DNA from: Verrucomicrobiota bacterium
GTDB taxonomy: Bacteria; Auribacterota; JABMQX01; JAFGEW01
Reading direction: 5' to 3'
Assembly: GCA_016931415.1 (NCBI GenBank)
Contig: JAFGEW010000027.1
Span: 4,550-68,549 of the forward strand
DNA: 64,000 bases
The notes beneath the pieces are model-generated. The model worked only from the letters and a program-made list of their open reading frames with translations, was not told the DNA's origin and ran no database searches. Made by a program: the position numbers and the translations under genes. Below, piece by piece: positions 63,391 to 64,000 of this stretch. Position 1 is the first letter of the stretch, and each line of letters begins with the position of its first letter.

Positions 63391-64000
63391 ATGCCTGACT
63401 ACGATGTCGTCGTGATCGGTTCCGGCCCCGCGGGCTACGCGGCGGCCTTTCGCGCCGCCCAGCTCGGCGGCCGCGTCGCCATGGTCGAGAAGGACCTCGT
63501 CGGCGGCACCTGCCTCAACCGCGGGTGCATCCCGACCAAGTCGCTGCTCGAGGCGACCGCCGTGCTCGATCACATGAACCACGCCGAAACGTTCGGCCTC
63601 GCCTGCGACAATCCGCGCCCCGACATGGTCAAACTCATCGAGCGCAAGGAGCGCCATGTCGCCAAGCTGCGCGGCGGCGTGGAGCAGGTCGCCAAGGGCC
63701 TCGGCATCGAGATCGTGCGCGGCACAGGCACGCTCGCCGGCCAGCGCAAAGTGAGCGTCGCCGGCAACGACGGCGGCGTACGCGAGCTGACGGCGAAGGC
63801 GATCATCATCGCGAGCGGCTCCGAGCCCCTCGAGCTCAAGGCGCTGCCGTTCGACCACATGACCGTGCTCTCGAGCACAAGCATCCTTGAATTGCGCGAG
63901 GTGCCGGGCTCGCTGCTCATCATCGGCGGCGGCTACATCGGTTGCGAGTTCGCCACCGTCTTCGCCTCGCTCGGCACGAAGGTCACCATCGTCGAGATGC
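63391..64000 (+). CDS. lpdA: Dihydrolipoyl dehydrogenase, 3'-partial (runs off the window end).
   Basis: MPDYDVVVIGSGPAGYAAA...GGTCLNRGCIPTK redox-active disulfide. CAGGAGGA SD. Not in the ORF track because no stop codon falls within the window. Confidence 0.85.
   Translation, partial: MPDYDVVVIGSGPAGYAAAFRAAQLGGRVAMVEKDLVGGTCLNRGCIPTKSLLEATAVLDHMNHAETFGLACDNPRPDMVKLIERKERHVAKLRGGVEQVAKGLGIEIVRGTGTLAGQRKVSVAGNDGGVRELTAKAIIIASGSEPLELKALPFDHMTVLSSTSILELREVPGSLLIIGGGYIGCEFATVFASLGTKVTIVEM

Overview
This is a high-GC (roughly 65-70% by eye) bacterial chromosomal segment, densely coding on both strands. I found no rRNA or tRNA genes, no transposase or IS elements, and no CRISPR array. A prepilin-type DUF1559 protein and a MoxR/DUF58/VWA (Bat-like) operon point to Planctomycetota or a relative; that is inference only.

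Core and housekeeping genes: groES-groEL, rpoZ, degP/htrA, glnB, folC, glmS, thiC, dsbD, a partial lpdA, hypA-hypB-hypC, a NifU-like protein and an Rrf2-family regulator paired with a TauE exporter.

Accessory and unusual content: (1) A minus-strand operon of about 10 kb encodes a TonB-dependent receptor, two paralogous DUF4154/YfiR-like periplasmic proteins, a hybrid histidine kinase, a membrane-anchored solute-binding protein and a second hybrid histidine kinase with PAS domains. Both kinases end in REC plus Hpt domains. Divergently transcribed from it are a thymidylate-synthase-superfamily enzyme and a sigma-54-dependent response regulator; the regulator's reading frame is cut by a TAG codon just before what looks like its missing C-terminal domain. 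(2) A Bat-like MoxR-DUF58-VWA operon carries an inserted DUF1559 pseudopilin gene and a 1367-aa coiled-coil membrane protein. Next to it lie a DUF3857/transglutaminase protein and a CdaZ-type (pyruvate-kinase-C-terminal-like + DAC) diadenylate cyclase. (3) A glycan cluster combines an (alpha/alpha)6 glycoside hydrolase, a GT-A glycosyltransferase and a eukaryotic-type UDP-galactopyranose mutase. (4) A fusion protein joins two GNAT folds to a cNMP-binding domain. (5) After an approximately 600-nt stretch with no convincing ORF, there is a 26-codon poly-Lys/Ala mini-ORF with its own Shine-Dalgarno (SD) sequence and terminator.

All gene calls rest on reading the translated ORFs and recognising motifs from memory; no database search was possible. 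Coordinates taken from the ORF track are exact; those read off the raw sequence may be off by 1-2 nt.
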